Shown here: positions 17,776 to 28,024 of the stretch, one piece after another
How positions within the stretch are numbered: position 1 is the first letter of the stretch
How the letters are laid out: the number at the start of each line of letters is the position of its first letter
DNA from: Rhodothermales bacterium
GTDB lineage: Bacteria; Bacteroidota; Rhodothermia; Rhodothermales; UBA10348
Reading direction: 5' to 3'
Assembly (NCBI GenBank): GCA_028284865.1
Contig: JANQQV010000017.1
Span: 261,545 to 325,544 of the forward strand
Length of the DNA: 64,000 nucleotides
Position numbers and translations under genes: made by a program
Notes under the pieces: generated by a model
Databases searched by the model: none
What the model saw: only the letters and a program-made list of their open reading frames with translations
Told to the model about the DNA's origin: nothing

Positions 17776-19102
17776 CCTCGGAAGAGGAAAGGATGTTCAC
17801 CTCAGGCGAAACGTACGCAATCGCATCCAGCATCCCCTGGACCATGCGATCCATTCCCAATTCCGTTCGGGCGAAGGCGGCCGAGCGCTGCTGGTAGCCT
17901 TCCTTGTCTTCGAGAACGGTGCAAACGGCGTCTGCCAAGGTGCTTGCAAACGCATGAAGCTGGGCGTCTTCGAAAGCAATGTCCACTGCTTTCGGAAGTA
18001 GGCCTTTTGGCATGCGGCGGGGGGCGTCCGGGCTGAATGCTGATTCTGGGTCAGGAGCGACCTGTAGAGGCCTCTCACCGAACAGCCCATTGACGCCATC
18101 TTTCACGAAAACCCACTCGGGGCTGTGCCCAACGCCGTCCGGGCCGGGCTTGGGAGCCACGATCGGCACACCAAGCGACAGGGCGTGATTGACAGATAGA
18201 CCGAGATAGCCCGGATTCACAAGTACGTCGCAGGCTGCAATCCAGGGCGCCGACGCTTCCAATTCCCGGAGCGCCCCGGTGCAAGCAAGCTTGACGCCTC
18301 GTTCTGCAGCCAGAGCCTCCACACGCATTCGCTCCGGCCCATCCCCGACCATCACCACAGACACCGGTCCACCAATACGTGACGCCACACGCGACGCAGC
18401 CTCGATGACCAGGTGTGGTTTTTTCTCCGGAATCATCCGTCCCAGGAAAAGGAGGGTCGGCATGTCAGGCAGGCCAAGGCGCGCGCGAATTGCTGGCCTC
18501 CCTTCGCCTATCAATTGATCACCCAGCGGAAACAGCGTGCTGGTGTCCAGGGTGTTGCGGGCCGAGAAGATCGGCTTGTCCGGCATCAACGTCGTCAGTC
18601 GATCCCGCCATTCATCAGTGTACGTGAGAAGCGCGTCCGCCATGGATGCTGTTTCCAAACGACGACGATCCCGCCACTGTTCACGATCAAAGGGTCGGTG
18701 GATCGAGGAAAAGTGACCCCAAAGAACCGTTTTCAAGCCTTTTCGACGCGCTTTTCGAAGCAGAGATCGCAAAGAAATCGTTCTTGGCGACTCCTCAATC
18801 AGAAGAACGCGGGATGGTCCCAAGTTGGAAAATATCGCCCCCGAGGACTGCCAGTGAAGCGATTCGCCACGAAGCCACACATTGCGCAGTGTCATTCTGC
18901 GAAGACCCGACCCATCGTTCCTGTCTTTTTGGATCAGATCGGCCAGCGTTGAGCCCGAGGGAGGATCACCGGCTCCAACGATCAGACCTCCGCCAAGCCG
19001 GGAGGACAATGCGCGCATGACCGCCATACGATAGGCAGGAACGAACCGGGTCACATAGCCGACCTCCGACGTTGGGGAAGATGATGCTTCCCGCATGTTC
19101 AT
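17768..19102 (-). CDS. glycosyltransferase, GT-B fold (444 aa)
   Basis: The ORF track gives 17768..19144. The start is set at the ATG at 19102, which forms an ATGA overlap with the stop of the upstream Wzy-like gene. GT-B-like segments are LLFLGRMIPEKKPHLVIEA and GLSVNHALSLGVPIVAP. Confidence 0.7.
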   Translation of the reverse strand: MNMREASSSPTSEVGYVTRFVPAYRMAVMRALSSRLGGGLIVGAGDPPSGSTLADLIQKDRNDGSGLRRMTLRNVWLRGESLHWQSSGAIFSNLGPSRVLLIEESPRTISLRSLLRKARRKGLKTVLWGHFSSIHRPFDREQWRDRRRLETASMADALLTYTDEWRDRLTTLMPDKPIFSARNTLDTSTLFPLGDQLIGEGRPAIRARLGLPDMPTLLFLGRMIPEKKPHLVIEAASRVASRIGGPVSVVMVGDGPERMRVEALAAERGVKLACTGALRELEASAPWIAACDVLVNPGYLGLSVNHALSLGVPIVAPKPGPDGVGHSPEWVFVKDGVNGLFGERPLQVAPDPESAFSPDAPRRMPKGLLPKAVDIAFEDAQLHAFASTLADAVCTVLEDKEGYQQRSAAFARTELGMDRMVQGMLDAIAYVSPEVNILSSSEGA

Positions 19103-20562
19103 GAGCGATCGGGGATTGCGAGCTCCGAGTCGCTGTTCATCCAACGCTTACCTCCAGCCCGAATGCCACCCACGATCCCCCAGAGTACCGCATACATGAA
19201 CATGAGATCATTCTGATAAAAAGGATTGGCCGTAGTCGCGGTTACGGCAAGAGCCGTGATGGCACCCGTGATGGCGAGGGAGATGATGCGCGGTGTCGGG
19301 GCAGCCAATTTCTTCCACCAGTTTCCGAAGGACAGCATCCAGAATCGGAGCATCAGGAACAGCATCATTCCCGTTCCCCATATTCCGAATTTGAACCATA
19401 GCGCCACGTAACCATTGTGCACGAACGTCTTCGACTCGGAATAGAGGTAGGTGATGTTGAAGAAACGATACGGGACGCCCATACCATAGCCCAGAACTGG
19501 ATTGACCTTGATGTGCAACCAGACCCCTTTGGCTTCCAGGAATCGATTGATCAGGGAGATGTCCTTGGTCACAGCCGTTTCCAATGTCAGGAATCGATCA
19601 AACAATCCTGTCAATACCAGCAACAGATACTCGCCCAATACGATGTATGCGATGGCAAATACCCCGGCCGCAGAAAGCACGCCGACGGTCAGCATCCGGA
19701 GTTTGTCTTTACCAGGCACGAACAGGAAGGTGATACCTGCGCCCAGGAAATAGGCCACCCAGTAAGCGCGGCTCTGTGTCAGGATCAGACCGGCGAACAA
19801 GCCGAGGACGGCCCCAAGAAAAAATGCGCGGCCCCACCAGGAGCGCGTCCGCAAGAATAAAACGATACAGAACAGGCCTGGCACCATGAGGAGCGACTCA
19901 TTGGTGATGGCACGGCTGGTCGCAATCTGCCATACAGCCTCTGCGTTGGCAAGGTCACTCCGGTACTCGAGCAGGTTGCGGGCGAGCACGTACAGGCCGA
20001 CGAAGATCACGCTTCCCAGGACCACTTTCAGTCCCTTTGGGTGCTTTTCCACTGCTTCCTTTATGGGCCAATAAAACCCCAGCATCGTCAGGCTCAGCCA
20101 TTCGCCCATGACGAAGGAGGGGATGGCACCGAAAACAAACGAGATCGGGATGGTCGCTGTGGCCAGGATCAGGAACAGCAGCAGGACGCGCTCTTCGCGC
20201 CGCGGACATATGTCAGTCCCATTTAGGATGAGCCTGGTAAAGAACCAGTGCCCCAGGAATGCCAGATAGTACAACCCGTAGAGGGCTTCGCCGATGCCCA
20301 GGCCCGCACTGAACCCCACAATCAGGACGAATCCGCACATCACGGTGGCCAGATTCAACAGGGGGTACTGGAAGAGAACGATGGCTCCTGCTCCCGCCAG
20401 GAATATGAATGGCAGGAAAGGAAGGATGTCAGGGGCGGCCCATGTGATGAAGAGCAGGATCAGCAGAAGGAAGCCGAATCCGCTCCAGAGAATGAAGGAT
20501 CCCCAGTTTCCCAGCCAACGATCGCTGGGTCCGCGTTGCGCTATGTCCCGAGCTGCATGCAC
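19099..20562 (-). CDS. O-antigen ligase/polymerase-family membrane protein (Wzy-like, 487 aa)
   Basis: It has at least 10 predicted TM helices and a large loop (TQSRAYWVAYFLGAG) typical of the Wzy_C/O-antigen ligase family. It lies between the Wzz and glycosyltransferase genes. Confidence 0.7.
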   Translation of the reverse strand: MHAARDIAQRGPSDRWLGNWGSFILWSGFGFLLLILLFITWAAPDILPFLPFIFLAGAGAIVLFQYPLLNLATVMCGFVLIVGFSAGLGIGEALYGLYYLAFLGHWFFTRLILNGTDICPRREERVLLLFLILATATIPISFVFGAIPSFVMGEWLSLTMLGFYWPIKEAVEKHPKGLKVVLGSVIFVGLYVLARNLLEYRSDLANAEAVWQIATSRAITNESLLMVPGLFCIVLFLRTRSWWGRAFFLGAVLGLFAGLILTQSRAYWVAYFLGAGITFLFVPGKDKLRMLTVGVLSAAGVFAIAYIVLGEYLLLVLTGLFDRFLTLETAVTKDISLINRFLEAKGVWLHIKVNPVLGYGMGVPYRFFNITYLYSESKTFVHNGYVALWFKFGIWGTGMMLFLMLRFWMLSFGNWWKKLAAPTPRIISLAITGAITALAVTATTANPFYQNDLMFMYAVLWGIVGGIRAGGKRWMNSDSELAIPDRS

Positions 20563-20568
20563 GCCTTC

Positions 20569-21771
20569 TCACTCGGAGCCGGCTTCACGCAGTTTCTGGG
20601 CGAATACCGGGAAGCTGCGGCGCCACCAATCCATGGCCAGGGCGAACAGGACGGCCAGGATGAAGGCGGACAACGTAGCGGCAATACAGATGATGCTGCG
20701 CTTGGGTTTGAACTTTTCGACCGGGGCGACGGCTGGATCGACGACCTGCAACGCCTGCGCATTGCGTTCCTCCTCGAAGCGAGCCTGCTCGAGCATCGGG
20801 GCCACCAGTTCCAGGATGCGCTCCTGGATGGTCCGCTCCAGCGTCAGGTCGAGATACCGCTTCACCATTTCCGGGGCGGCCTCCTGGGAAACGGGAAGTA
20901 CGGCCTCCCGTCCGTTCAAAGCTTGATCGTACTGGGCGTTGGCGGCCATCACGAGGGCATCCAGATTCTGGACCTGACGGTTGTTTTCGCCAAACTGCGA
21001 CCGCAGGGAGGCCAGCTGGATTTCGAGTTGCACGGCATCCGCACGCATCTCGGCTATCTGGGTGTAGAAGGCCATGGTTTGTGCTTCGAGGTCAATCACT
21101 CCGTATTCGCGCTGGAACGCAGCCAGCGAGTCGAGCATGTCCTCACGAGCCTCTTCGGCCAGGCCATAACGCTCTTCCACATAGCGCCTGAAGTTGCCGG
21201 CGGTTTGTTTTGAGAGATCATTGTTGATCTCCTCCAGCTTGCGAACGAAATAGTTCGACATGTCAGCCGCTCGCTGTGGATCCTGGTCCATCACTTCGAC
21301 CGAGAAAAAGTCGTATTCCTGATCGACGACGAACTCCACATTGTCGGAGAGTGTGGCACGCGCCTCTTCAACCGGAAATTCCTCTTCCTCCAGCTCATAG
21401 ACCGTAATCAGGTCGAATTCTTGAACGACGTCATCCATGACGGCCCGACTATTTAGGATGGCCATGTAGCGGACGTAGTCACCTCCGCCTCCGCCCAGAA
21501 GCGATTGGGCAGCAGACGAGATATCGCCAAGAAGGGCACTGGCAATGCCTCCGGATCCTGTGGTCGGTAGCAGCAGACGGGAAGATGCCTTGAACCAGTT
21601 GGGCAACAACAGGCTGATGATGACAGACGCTACGGCGAATATGGACGTCACAATGATGATGAACCGGCGCCAGCGGTATAGGACACCCAGCATATTCCAC
21701 CAGGCTTGCGCGCCACCCGAGGTCATCGTTTCAATGTGCGTAGCACCTTCGTTCGATTCGGTTTGAGACAT
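20569..21771 (-). CDS. polysaccharide chain-length determinant (Wzz/GumC-type co-polymerase, no kinase domain, 400 aa)
   Basis: The N-terminal TM is followed by PNWFKASSRLLLP (Wzz motif region). There is a long coiled-coil periplasmic region and a C-terminal TM (SIICIAATLSAFILAVLFALAM). No Walker motifs are present. Confidence 0.8.
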   Translation of the reverse strand: MSQTESNEGATHIETMTSGGAQAWWNMLGVLYRWRRFIIIVTSIFAVASVIISLLLPNWFKASSRLLLPTTGSGGIASALLGDISSAAQSLLGGGGGDYVRYMAILNSRAVMDDVVQEFDLITVYELEEEEFPVEEARATLSDNVEFVVDQEYDFFSVEVMDQDPQRAADMSNYFVRKLEEINNDLSKQTAGNFRRYVEERYGLAEEAREDMLDSLAAFQREYGVIDLEAQTMAFYTQIAEMRADAVQLEIQLASLRSQFGENNRQVQNLDALVMAANAQYDQALNGREAVLPVSQEAAPEMVKRYLDLTLERTIQERILELVAPMLEQARFEEERNAQALQVVDPAVAPVEKFKPKRSIICIAATLSAFILAVLFALAMDWWRRSFPVFAQKLREAGSE

Positions 21772-21815
21772 GATCGACGTTGGAAAAAAGTCTGAAAGCG
21801 GAGGATCTGGCGGTG

Positions 21816-23597
21816 CTAGTTGCGCCGGATGGTGATGATCAGCGTGATCAGGGAGGCGAGCGTTCCGACTCCCTGGAAAATGGCCTGCATGGTTCCGATT
21901 CGCGCATTGGCTTTCGCCCGTTCGCGCTCGAGTAGCAGTCGTTCCAATTCAGGGTCGTCGGAGACCGTGGCATCATTGTCCACGAACACAATGTCACCCG
22001 AGCGAAGTGATCGGTTCAGATCCTCATGGAAGGAGCCTGTTGCCAGATCAATTATCAGGACGCGACCCGCTACGTCCGATCGGCCACCTGCCATTTCCAG
22101 GTAGGCGGCAACAGACTGTCCCTCAATCACGGGCAGATATCCCGGCTGGAGCACCTGTCCAAAGACATACACGGACGACTCATCACGCGGGACGAACAAG
22201 CGATCCCCCGAACGAAGCGGTACCGGGCTTCCTTGACCTCCGAGTACGGCTTCCATGTTGAGGCTGACCCGATTCTGGAAGGAGAGCTCCTTGATGAAAT
22301 ACGTGCGGCTGATCAAGTCCAGATCAGTCAGGCGTAGGCGCTGGAAAATGGCCGTTGTGTCAGCCCTCAATGCCTGTCGCATCGCCAGTTCTGGATGCGT
22401 ATTTCGATCCGGGATGACACTTTGTGTTGGGTCGGGCAAGGAACGGCGCTCAAGGAAAGCACCGCGCGCGAGCGCATCATCACGCAGGCCTCCCGCAGCT
22501 TCCATGACTTCCTGGAGCGTCGTAACGCCGTCGATGATCGGATAGGTACCAGGTCGTGTCACGCGTCCTTCAATTCTGACCAGGCCTCGCTCTTCCTCAC
22601 GCTCCACGACGGAGACAACGTCGAGGGCTGCGATTGGGTAGGATGCCCCATCCGTGCCAAGTGCTTCACTGACGGTGAAGGAGCGTGACTCGATTCCTTC
22701 CGTCGTTGTCCGTGTGACCGTCACAGACTCGATACCATTGCCATCGGCGACACCGCCTGCGATGTTCAGCAGATCCTTCAAGCTGTCGCCGGATTTGAAT
22801 TCGTACGTGCCCGGGTATGGGACGTGGCCGCCGACAGAAACGGATGTGTACTCTGGATTGTAGGTCGGGATGTGGACAACATCACCATCCTGCAGATACG
22901 GGTTTGCAGACGTATCACCAGAACTGAGGTAACCGACCAGGTCGACATATTCGGACGATCCATCTGTGCGTCGCACTTCGATGTTGCGCAGGGATGGCTG
23001 AAAGTCAGGATTGGTGACAGGGAGCGAAGTCGTGTCGGCGAAGGCCAGCTCAATGACGTTTGAAACGCGAGAAACCGGCAGCGCGAGATAGCGCCCGGGA
23101 ATAGGTACGGCGCCAGACACATGGACATAGAATTGACGCGACTGGACGAGCGAGATGTCCGTCTCGGCGTCCTCATAGTATGCTGCCAGGGCATCGGACA
23201 TGGCACGGCGCGCCGCTTGCAGCGTCATGCCTCCAACATCGACGAGTCCAGCATCGGGCAGCGCGACCTGTCCATCAGCGCCCACCGCAATCGGCGCGCC
23301 GCTGACATCCTGACCGTTGATGACAACGGAAAACGCATCGCCGGGTCCTACAACATATTCGTTGGCGTCAACCGCTCCTTCCAGTGGTATTCCGGACGCA
23401 GCAAGGGCGGACTGGCCTAGACGCTGGCGAAGCAGCAGCAGGGGATTGGTCTGGGCCGCTTCCAACAGCTCCGAGGCGGAATCGCCTGAAATCTGGGCCT
23501 GTGCGGTCTGGGGCGTGAATCCAATCAGCGCAACCAAAACGAACAGCGCCACCCTCGAAAAGGTGGTTTTCACGTGGTTCATGGGTAAAGGAGACAA
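21816..23597 (-). CDS. polysaccharide export protein (Wza-like: Poly_export plus multiple SLBB repeats, 593 aa)
   Basis: It has a signal peptide, the Poly_export motif YVVGPGDAFSVVING and repeated SLBB-like units (VSGAVPIPGRYLAL, VGGHVPYPGTYEFK, IEGRVTRPGTYPI, VFGQVLQPGYLPV). There is a C-terminal TM. An alternative start exists at the ATG at 23582. Confidence 0.85.
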   Translation of the reverse strand: MSPLPMNHVKTTFSRVALFVLVALIGFTPQTAQAQISGDSASELLEAAQTNPLLLLRQRLGQSALAASGIPLEGAVDANEYVVGPGDAFSVVINGQDVSGAPIAVGADGQVALPDAGLVDVGGMTLQAARRAMSDALAAYYEDAETDISLVQSRQFYVHVSGAVPIPGRYLALPVSRVSNVIELAFADTTSLPVTNPDFQPSLRNIEVRRTDGSSEYVDLVGYLSSGDTSANPYLQDGDVVHIPTYNPEYTSVSVGGHVPYPGTYEFKSGDSLKDLLNIAGGVADGNGIESVTVTRTTTEGIESRSFTVSEALGTDGASYPIAALDVVSVVEREEERGLVRIEGRVTRPGTYPIIDGVTTLQEVMEAAGGLRDDALARGAFLERRSLPDPTQSVIPDRNTHPELAMRQALRADTTAIFQRLRLTDLDLISRTYFIKELSFQNRVSLNMEAVLGGQGSPVPLRSGDRLFVPRDESSVYVFGQVLQPGYLPVIEGQSVAAYLEMAGGRSDVAGRVLIIDLATGSFHEDLNRSLRSGDIVFVDNDATVSDDPELERLLLERERAKANARIGTMQAIFQGVGTLASLITLIITIRRN

Positions 23598-23863
23598 CTC
23601 GTTAGATCGCCGAATGGGTCGGCTGTTCAGCTACGTGGGATAGGCAGTTCAGTAGCGAAAGAAAATAGGCAGTGGCCGTCTGGATCTAACGGGAAAAAGC
23701 GTTGATTTTGCCCTAAACTACGTTTTATCAGCCCACATCGCAACGATTCGCCGAGTGGTTTCGGGGCTTTGTCGATTCTCCTTTTCCCACCGCCGAAGGC
23801 AGTATTGGGTCAGTATTTTCGGACTCTAAGTGCCTCATTGATCGCTCCATTTACACCTAGATT

Positions 23864-24736
23864 GTGACTCTCGAAGCGCCAGCAAAGATCAATCTTGGAT
23901 TGCATGTCCTGCGAAAGCGGGACGATGGCTTCCATGACCTGGAATCCGTCTTCCTGCGTATTGGCTGGGCCGATCGACTTTCCTTTGCCTACGCCGAAGG
24001 GCTGTCCATGACATGTTCTGACCCGTCCTTGCCAACGGACGGGTCCAATCTGTGCATGCGTGCCGCCCAGGCCGTCTTGAATGCGGCGGACTCATGGGTC
24101 CCTGATGCCCAAGATGTCCCAATCGGGTTGGCGATCCACCTCGAGAAGCGGGTGCCGCATGGCGGAGGGCTGGGCGGAGGAAGCAGCGATGCAGCCACGT
24201 GTCTCGAAGCGACGAACGAGCAGATCGGATCACCTTTATCCCTCTCTCTACTCCACGACCTTGCAGCCGCTATCGGTTCGGATGTGCCGTTTTTTCTGAT
24301 GAAGGAGGGGGTAGCATTGGGCACGGGCCGCGGAGAGATTCTGAGTCCCATGGCATTCCCAAGAGCTCTCCGTGATACGTGGCTGGTCGTTGTTGCGCCT
24401 GACGTGGGGATCTCGACGGCAGAGGCCTACGGCGGTATTTCGCCGCGTGATGGAGATCGGCCGGATTTGAGCCGACTCGTTCGGGATGGTACTCTGGACG
24501 AGTGGCGGGCCGAGTTGGTCAACGATTTCGAGACCTCTCTTTTTCCTTCGTATCCCCAAGTGGCGGAATTGAAAGATCAGTTGTACGCCGCCGGAGCCGG
24601 CTACGCTTCGATGAGCGGATCCGGGTCAGCCGTGTTCGGGGTGTTCACGACCGAAGCTGCCGCACAAGCCGCTATGGCGCAATTGGGTGAGGACAAGCGA
24701 AGTTGGGTGGGCCCAAGCAACGCGGCCGTCCGCTGA
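23864..24736 (+). CDS. ispE: 4-(cytidine 5'-diphospho)-2-C-methyl-D-erythritol kinase (290 aa)
   Basis: The N-terminus APAKINLGLHVLRKRDDGFH and the GHMP kinase motif PHGGGLGGGSSDAA are present. The start codon is GTG. Confidence 0.9.
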   Translation: MTLEAPAKINLGLHVLRKRDDGFHDLESVFLRIGWADRLSFAYAEGLSMTCSDPSLPTDGSNLCMRAAQAVLNAADSWVPDAQDVPIGLAIHLEKRVPHGGGLGGGSSDAATCLEATNEQIGSPLSLSLLHDLAAAIGSDVPFFLMKEGVALGTGRGEILSPMAFPRALRDTWLVVVAPDVGISTAEAYGGISPRDGDRPDLSRLVRDGTLDEWRAELVNDFETSLFPSYPQVAELKDQLYAAGAGYASMSGSGSAVFGVFTTEAAAQAAMAQLGEDKRSWVGPSNAAVR

Positions 24737-24758
24737 TGTGGGCGCAAGCGTGACTGGA

Positions 24759-27125
24759 CTACCAGTCCAGTCGTCCGTCTCCACGTTCGTTATCGAGCCC
24801 GTCAATCTCGGTTGAGTCGTTCAATGCCGGATCGATCTCCGGGCCGAACCGACCCGGATTGGGGAATCGGGCATCGCGCGAGATGAACGTTTCGCCATCT
24901 GCAGTGATGCGCTGCATGAATGACCCCACGATGTGAAGCGCAGTGTGCGCTCCCTGACCCCACCAGTCTGTTCGGAATCGATAAGATGGGTTGTTGAAGC
25001 CTATCCAGGATCCCATCACAAGATCAGGATGCATCATCATGAACCATGTGTCCTGGCTGTTCTGGGTCGTACCCGTTTTCCCAGCAAGGTCATAGGCCCC
25101 CATTCGATACTGGCCATTCATTCGTCGTCCCGTTCCTTGATTGATGACAGCGCGCAGCATATCCGTCATCGTGTAGGCCGTGGCTTCCGAGAGGGCTTCT
25201 CGTGGTGCCGGATCCGCTTCATACAGGACATTCCCGGCCTGATCCTCAATGCGCCATATCAATGTGGGCTCATACAGAAGACCCCCATTGGCGAAGGTTG
25301 CGTACGCCGAGGTCAGCTCCAGAAGGTTGACATCACTGACGCCCAGGGCCAATGCGGGCACTTCGGCCAAGGGAGACGTGATTCCCATTCGCCGCGCGTA
25401 AAACGCCACGTTCGGCGCACCCACCTCCAGGATCAGGCGTGCAGAGATGGTATTCTTGGATTGAGCCAGCCCATCGCGCAATGTCATCATCTCCTTTGAC
25501 ATAGCTGCGCCCGAGTTGCCAGGGCTCCACACGTTGCCAGCCACATCGACATAGGTCAGAGAGTCGTCCAACAGCGTGTAGTAAGGCGAATACCCGTTGT
25601 CGATGGCCGCTGTATACAGGAAAGGTTTGAACGTTGAGCCTGGTTGCCGTTCAGCAATGGACACCTTGTCGTACCACTCCCTCTTGAGTTCGCGTCCACC
25701 AATCCAGGCCTTTACGAATCCGGTTTGTGGATCAAGTGCGACGAATCCCACTTCAGGGCGCGTGACAACCGACTTGAGGGAATCCAGGAATGATGCATTC
25801 GCTTTCAGCGCAGCTACGGCCTCATTGCGCGCCAATCCAGCCCGTCGGTGACTGCGGTAATGCTCGGTCTGAGTGATGCTCCCTTCGAGGACCTGCGGAT
25901 ACTCCCGCCAGAAAGTCTGCCAGGGACTGAGATCGAGTTCTTCCTGAAGGGGGAGGTAAGAACAGGGTTCAGTATCCCACAATCGAATATCACTGCCCTC
26001 TTCACTCCACTCGAAGTCGGCGACCGCCTCAAAGCACGGCATGAGCGAGTCGACAGCAGCCTGCGCCATCGCCTGCATCCGCGAGTCGAGCGTCGTGTAG
26101 GCGATCAGGCCATCGTCATAGATATCGTATCCGTTCTCCTGTGCCCATCGATCCAGCTGCTTCCGGACCTCTTCAGCGTAATGTGGTGCGACCGACTGAG
26201 TGATGGCTGCGGACCGATATGCCGCGCCGACGGAGTCTGCCCGATGGATCTCCAGAAATTCCGGATCGAGGACATCCCGCTTCACCATCTGGGCCAGAAC
26301 GATATTGCGACGCTGTCGGGCACGCTCCGGGTTTCGAATCGGATTGTAACGAGTGATACCCTTCAGCATGCCCACAAGCGTAGCGCTTTCGAGTTCATTC
26401 AGATCGCGTGGATCCTTGCCGTAAAACGTGCGCGCGGCCGCCTCGATTCCGTACGCGTTGTACGGAAACTCGACAGTATTCAGGTACATCTCGATGATTT
26501 CGTTCTTCGTGTACCTGCGTTCAAGCTGAACGGCCGTCACCCACTCCTTCATCTTTCGCCCGATCGTCTGCTCGCGACCGATTCGGGTGTTGTAGAGGTT
26601 TCGGGCCAGCTGCTGCGAAATCGTCGAGCCACCCTGCACGTCAAAACCAGGGACCTGCAGCTTCGCCAGAACACTTTTCCCAACAGAGACGACGGTCCGG
26701 AATACGTCAATGCCCCAGTGATCGTAGAACCGATGATCCTCCGTCGCCCATAGTGCATTGATCACGTGGGGGGAGATGTCGTCGTAATAGACCCAAGAAC
26801 GGTTCTGGCGAGCGTAGCGAGCCAGCTCTTCACCATCAGCGGTATAGGCAATCGTTGCAAGCTGGAAGTCGGGATTCTCGATTTCGGTCAGTGGCGGCAA
26901 TTCGTCAATCAGCGAGACGAAATACAGGCCGAGTGACAGGGTACTGACCGCCAGAATGACAACGATCCAGGAGATGAGCGCGGCAGCCTGTGCCTTCTTC
27001 AGATTCTTGAGTCGCTTCTCCCAGAATGCGACCACGTGTGCGTGCGGTCCCTTCTTCGTCTTGCGGGATCCGGAATCATTGAAGTAATTCTTGAGCTCCT
27101 CGTCGGAGTACGACCAATCAGACAT
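24759..27125 (-). CDS. mrcA: class A penicillin-binding protein 1A (glycosyltransferase + transpeptidase, 788 aa)
   Basis: GT51 motifs are ATEDHRFYDHWGID, GGSTISQQLARN and RKMKEW. Transpeptidase motifs are STFKPF, SPGN (SxN) and KTGTT. Confidence 0.93.
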   Translation of the reverse strand: MSDWSYSDEELKNYFNDSGSRKTKKGPHAHVVAFWEKRLKNLKKAQAAALISWIVVILAVSTLSLGLYFVSLIDELPPLTEIENPDFQLATIAYTADGEELARYARQNRSWVYYDDISPHVINALWATEDHRFYDHWGIDVFRTVVSVGKSVLAKLQVPGFDVQGGSTISQQLARNLYNTRIGREQTIGRKMKEWVTAVQLERRYTKNEIIEMYLNTVEFPYNAYGIEAAARTFYGKDPRDLNELESATLVGMLKGITRYNPIRNPERARQRRNIVLAQMVKRDVLDPEFLEIHRADSVGAAYRSAAITQSVAPHYAEEVRKQLDRWAQENGYDIYDDGLIAYTTLDSRMQAMAQAAVDSLMPCFEAVADFEWSEEGSDIRLWDTEPCSYLPLQEELDLSPWQTFWREYPQVLEGSITQTEHYRSHRRAGLARNEAVAALKANASFLDSLKSVVTRPEVGFVALDPQTGFVKAWIGGRELKREWYDKVSIAERQPGSTFKPFLYTAAIDNGYSPYYTLLDDSLTYVDVAGNVWSPGNSGAAMSKEMMTLRDGLAQSKNTISARLILEVGAPNVAFYARRMGITSPLAEVPALALGVSDVNLLELTSAYATFANGGLLYEPTLIWRIEDQAGNVLYEADPAPREALSEATAYTMTDMLRAVINQGTGRRMNGQYRMGAYDLAGKTGTTQNSQDTWFMMMHPDLVMGSWIGFNNPSYRFRTDWWGQGAHTALHIVGSFMQRITADGETFISRDARFPNPGRFGPEIDPALNDSTEIDGLDNERGDGRLDW

Positions 27126-27256
27126 GATGGGTTGGCTCAGTCAGCGATGCGCAAACGTCCGGGAGACCCAATTTCGAGCGAAACCGCTCTAAAAAGCCGT
27201 CTCCCAGCTTAAAGACAATCGTGCAACGTCAGAAGTTGCGGTTTTGTTGTCGCTGG

Positions 27257-28024
27257 CTAGCCCACTTCGAGTGTTTCGATATCCTGGATGCGGCCTTCGG
27301 TCCACCGACACAGTCGAATCATGGCTCGGACCTCGTCCAGCAAAAGGAATGAGCGACGTTGGTACCAGTCACCACTGTTCGCGTACCACGGCGTCGGAGA
27401 GCCCAGGTCAGCGAAGGTGTGCAGCCCAGGGTGGTGGCAGTGACCCATCACCACGCCGCTCCATTCCCCGGACGAACAAAGCGTTCTGGCATGCGAGGTC
27501 AACTCGGATATTGCAACAGGATTGGCTTCGAAAGATGCGTAGCGCTTCGATACGGCCGCTGCGAGGGCTTGTGCAGCCCCAAACGGCAAGAAAGTTGTAT
27601 ACAGACGATGCGCCCAGGCCTGATCGGATACCCGCCGCGCTAATGACGTCATGCCAACGTGGTCTTGCGCTTTGTCCCCGTGCTCGAGGCGGACCTTCAT
27701 CCCGGCCCAATCGAGAGCGATGAAATCTCGCACGGGAGCACTTCCAATGACAGACTTGACATATCGCCGATGCCATCGGTCGTGGTTGCCCATGATGTAT
27801 CGGATGGTGATCCTATTCGCCTGGATGCTGTCCGCCATGGCCGCCCAATCACGAACCACTGTGGGAATGTGTCGGTCGCTTTCAATGAAGGCATCAAACA
27901 CATCGCCCAGGAAGACGACGTGAGACGCTCCGGAAGCGCGAATGCACTGCGCGAGCGATTCAAGGCTCTTCGCATCCCGGTCCGGTTCCTTGCCCAAATG
28001 GAGGTCGGATACGATCAGAATCAC
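27257..28024 (-). CDS. lpxH: UDP-2,3-diacylglucosamine diphosphatase-like metallophosphoesterase (255 aa)
   Basis: Calcineurin-like motifs are VSDLHLG, FLGDVFD and GNHDRW. The size and order fit LpxH. It overlaps the upstream PBP gene by 4 nt. Confidence 0.6.
   Translation of the reverse strand: MILIVSDLHLGKEPDRDAKSLESLAQCIRASGASHVVFLGDVFDAFIESDRHIPTVVRDWAAMADSIQANRITIRYIMGNHDRWHRRYVKSVIGSAPVRDFIALDWAGMKVRLEHGDKAQDHVGMTSLARRVSDQAWAHRLYTTFLPFGAAQALAAAVSKRYASFEANPVAISELTSHARTLCSSGEWSGVVMGHCHHPGLHTFADLGSPTPWYANSGDWYQRRSFLLLDEVRAMIRLCRWTEGRIQDIETLEVG

Noticed and set aside
20248-21213. 321-aa and 210-aa plus-strand ORFs antisense to the Wzy-like and Wzz genes.
   Set aside because: These are shadow ORFs that cross the boundary of two well-supported minus-strand genes.
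23598-23863. Promoter calls in the large divergent intergenic regions (23598-23863, 50792-51053, 34701-34870). I searched for the Bacteroidota -7 TAnnTTTG and -33 TTG motifs.
   Set aside because: I found only partial matches (for example TATATTTC at 51043-51050, only 3 nt before the wzc ATG, and TATTTTCG near 23812) with wrong spacing. None is good enough to report as a feature.
25848-26753. A 301-aa plus-strand ORF antisense to PBP1A. The 275-aa ORF at 28825-29652, antisense to the second PBP1A, is the same case.
   Set aside because: The minus-strand frames contain complete GT51 and transpeptidase motif sets. The antisense frames have none.
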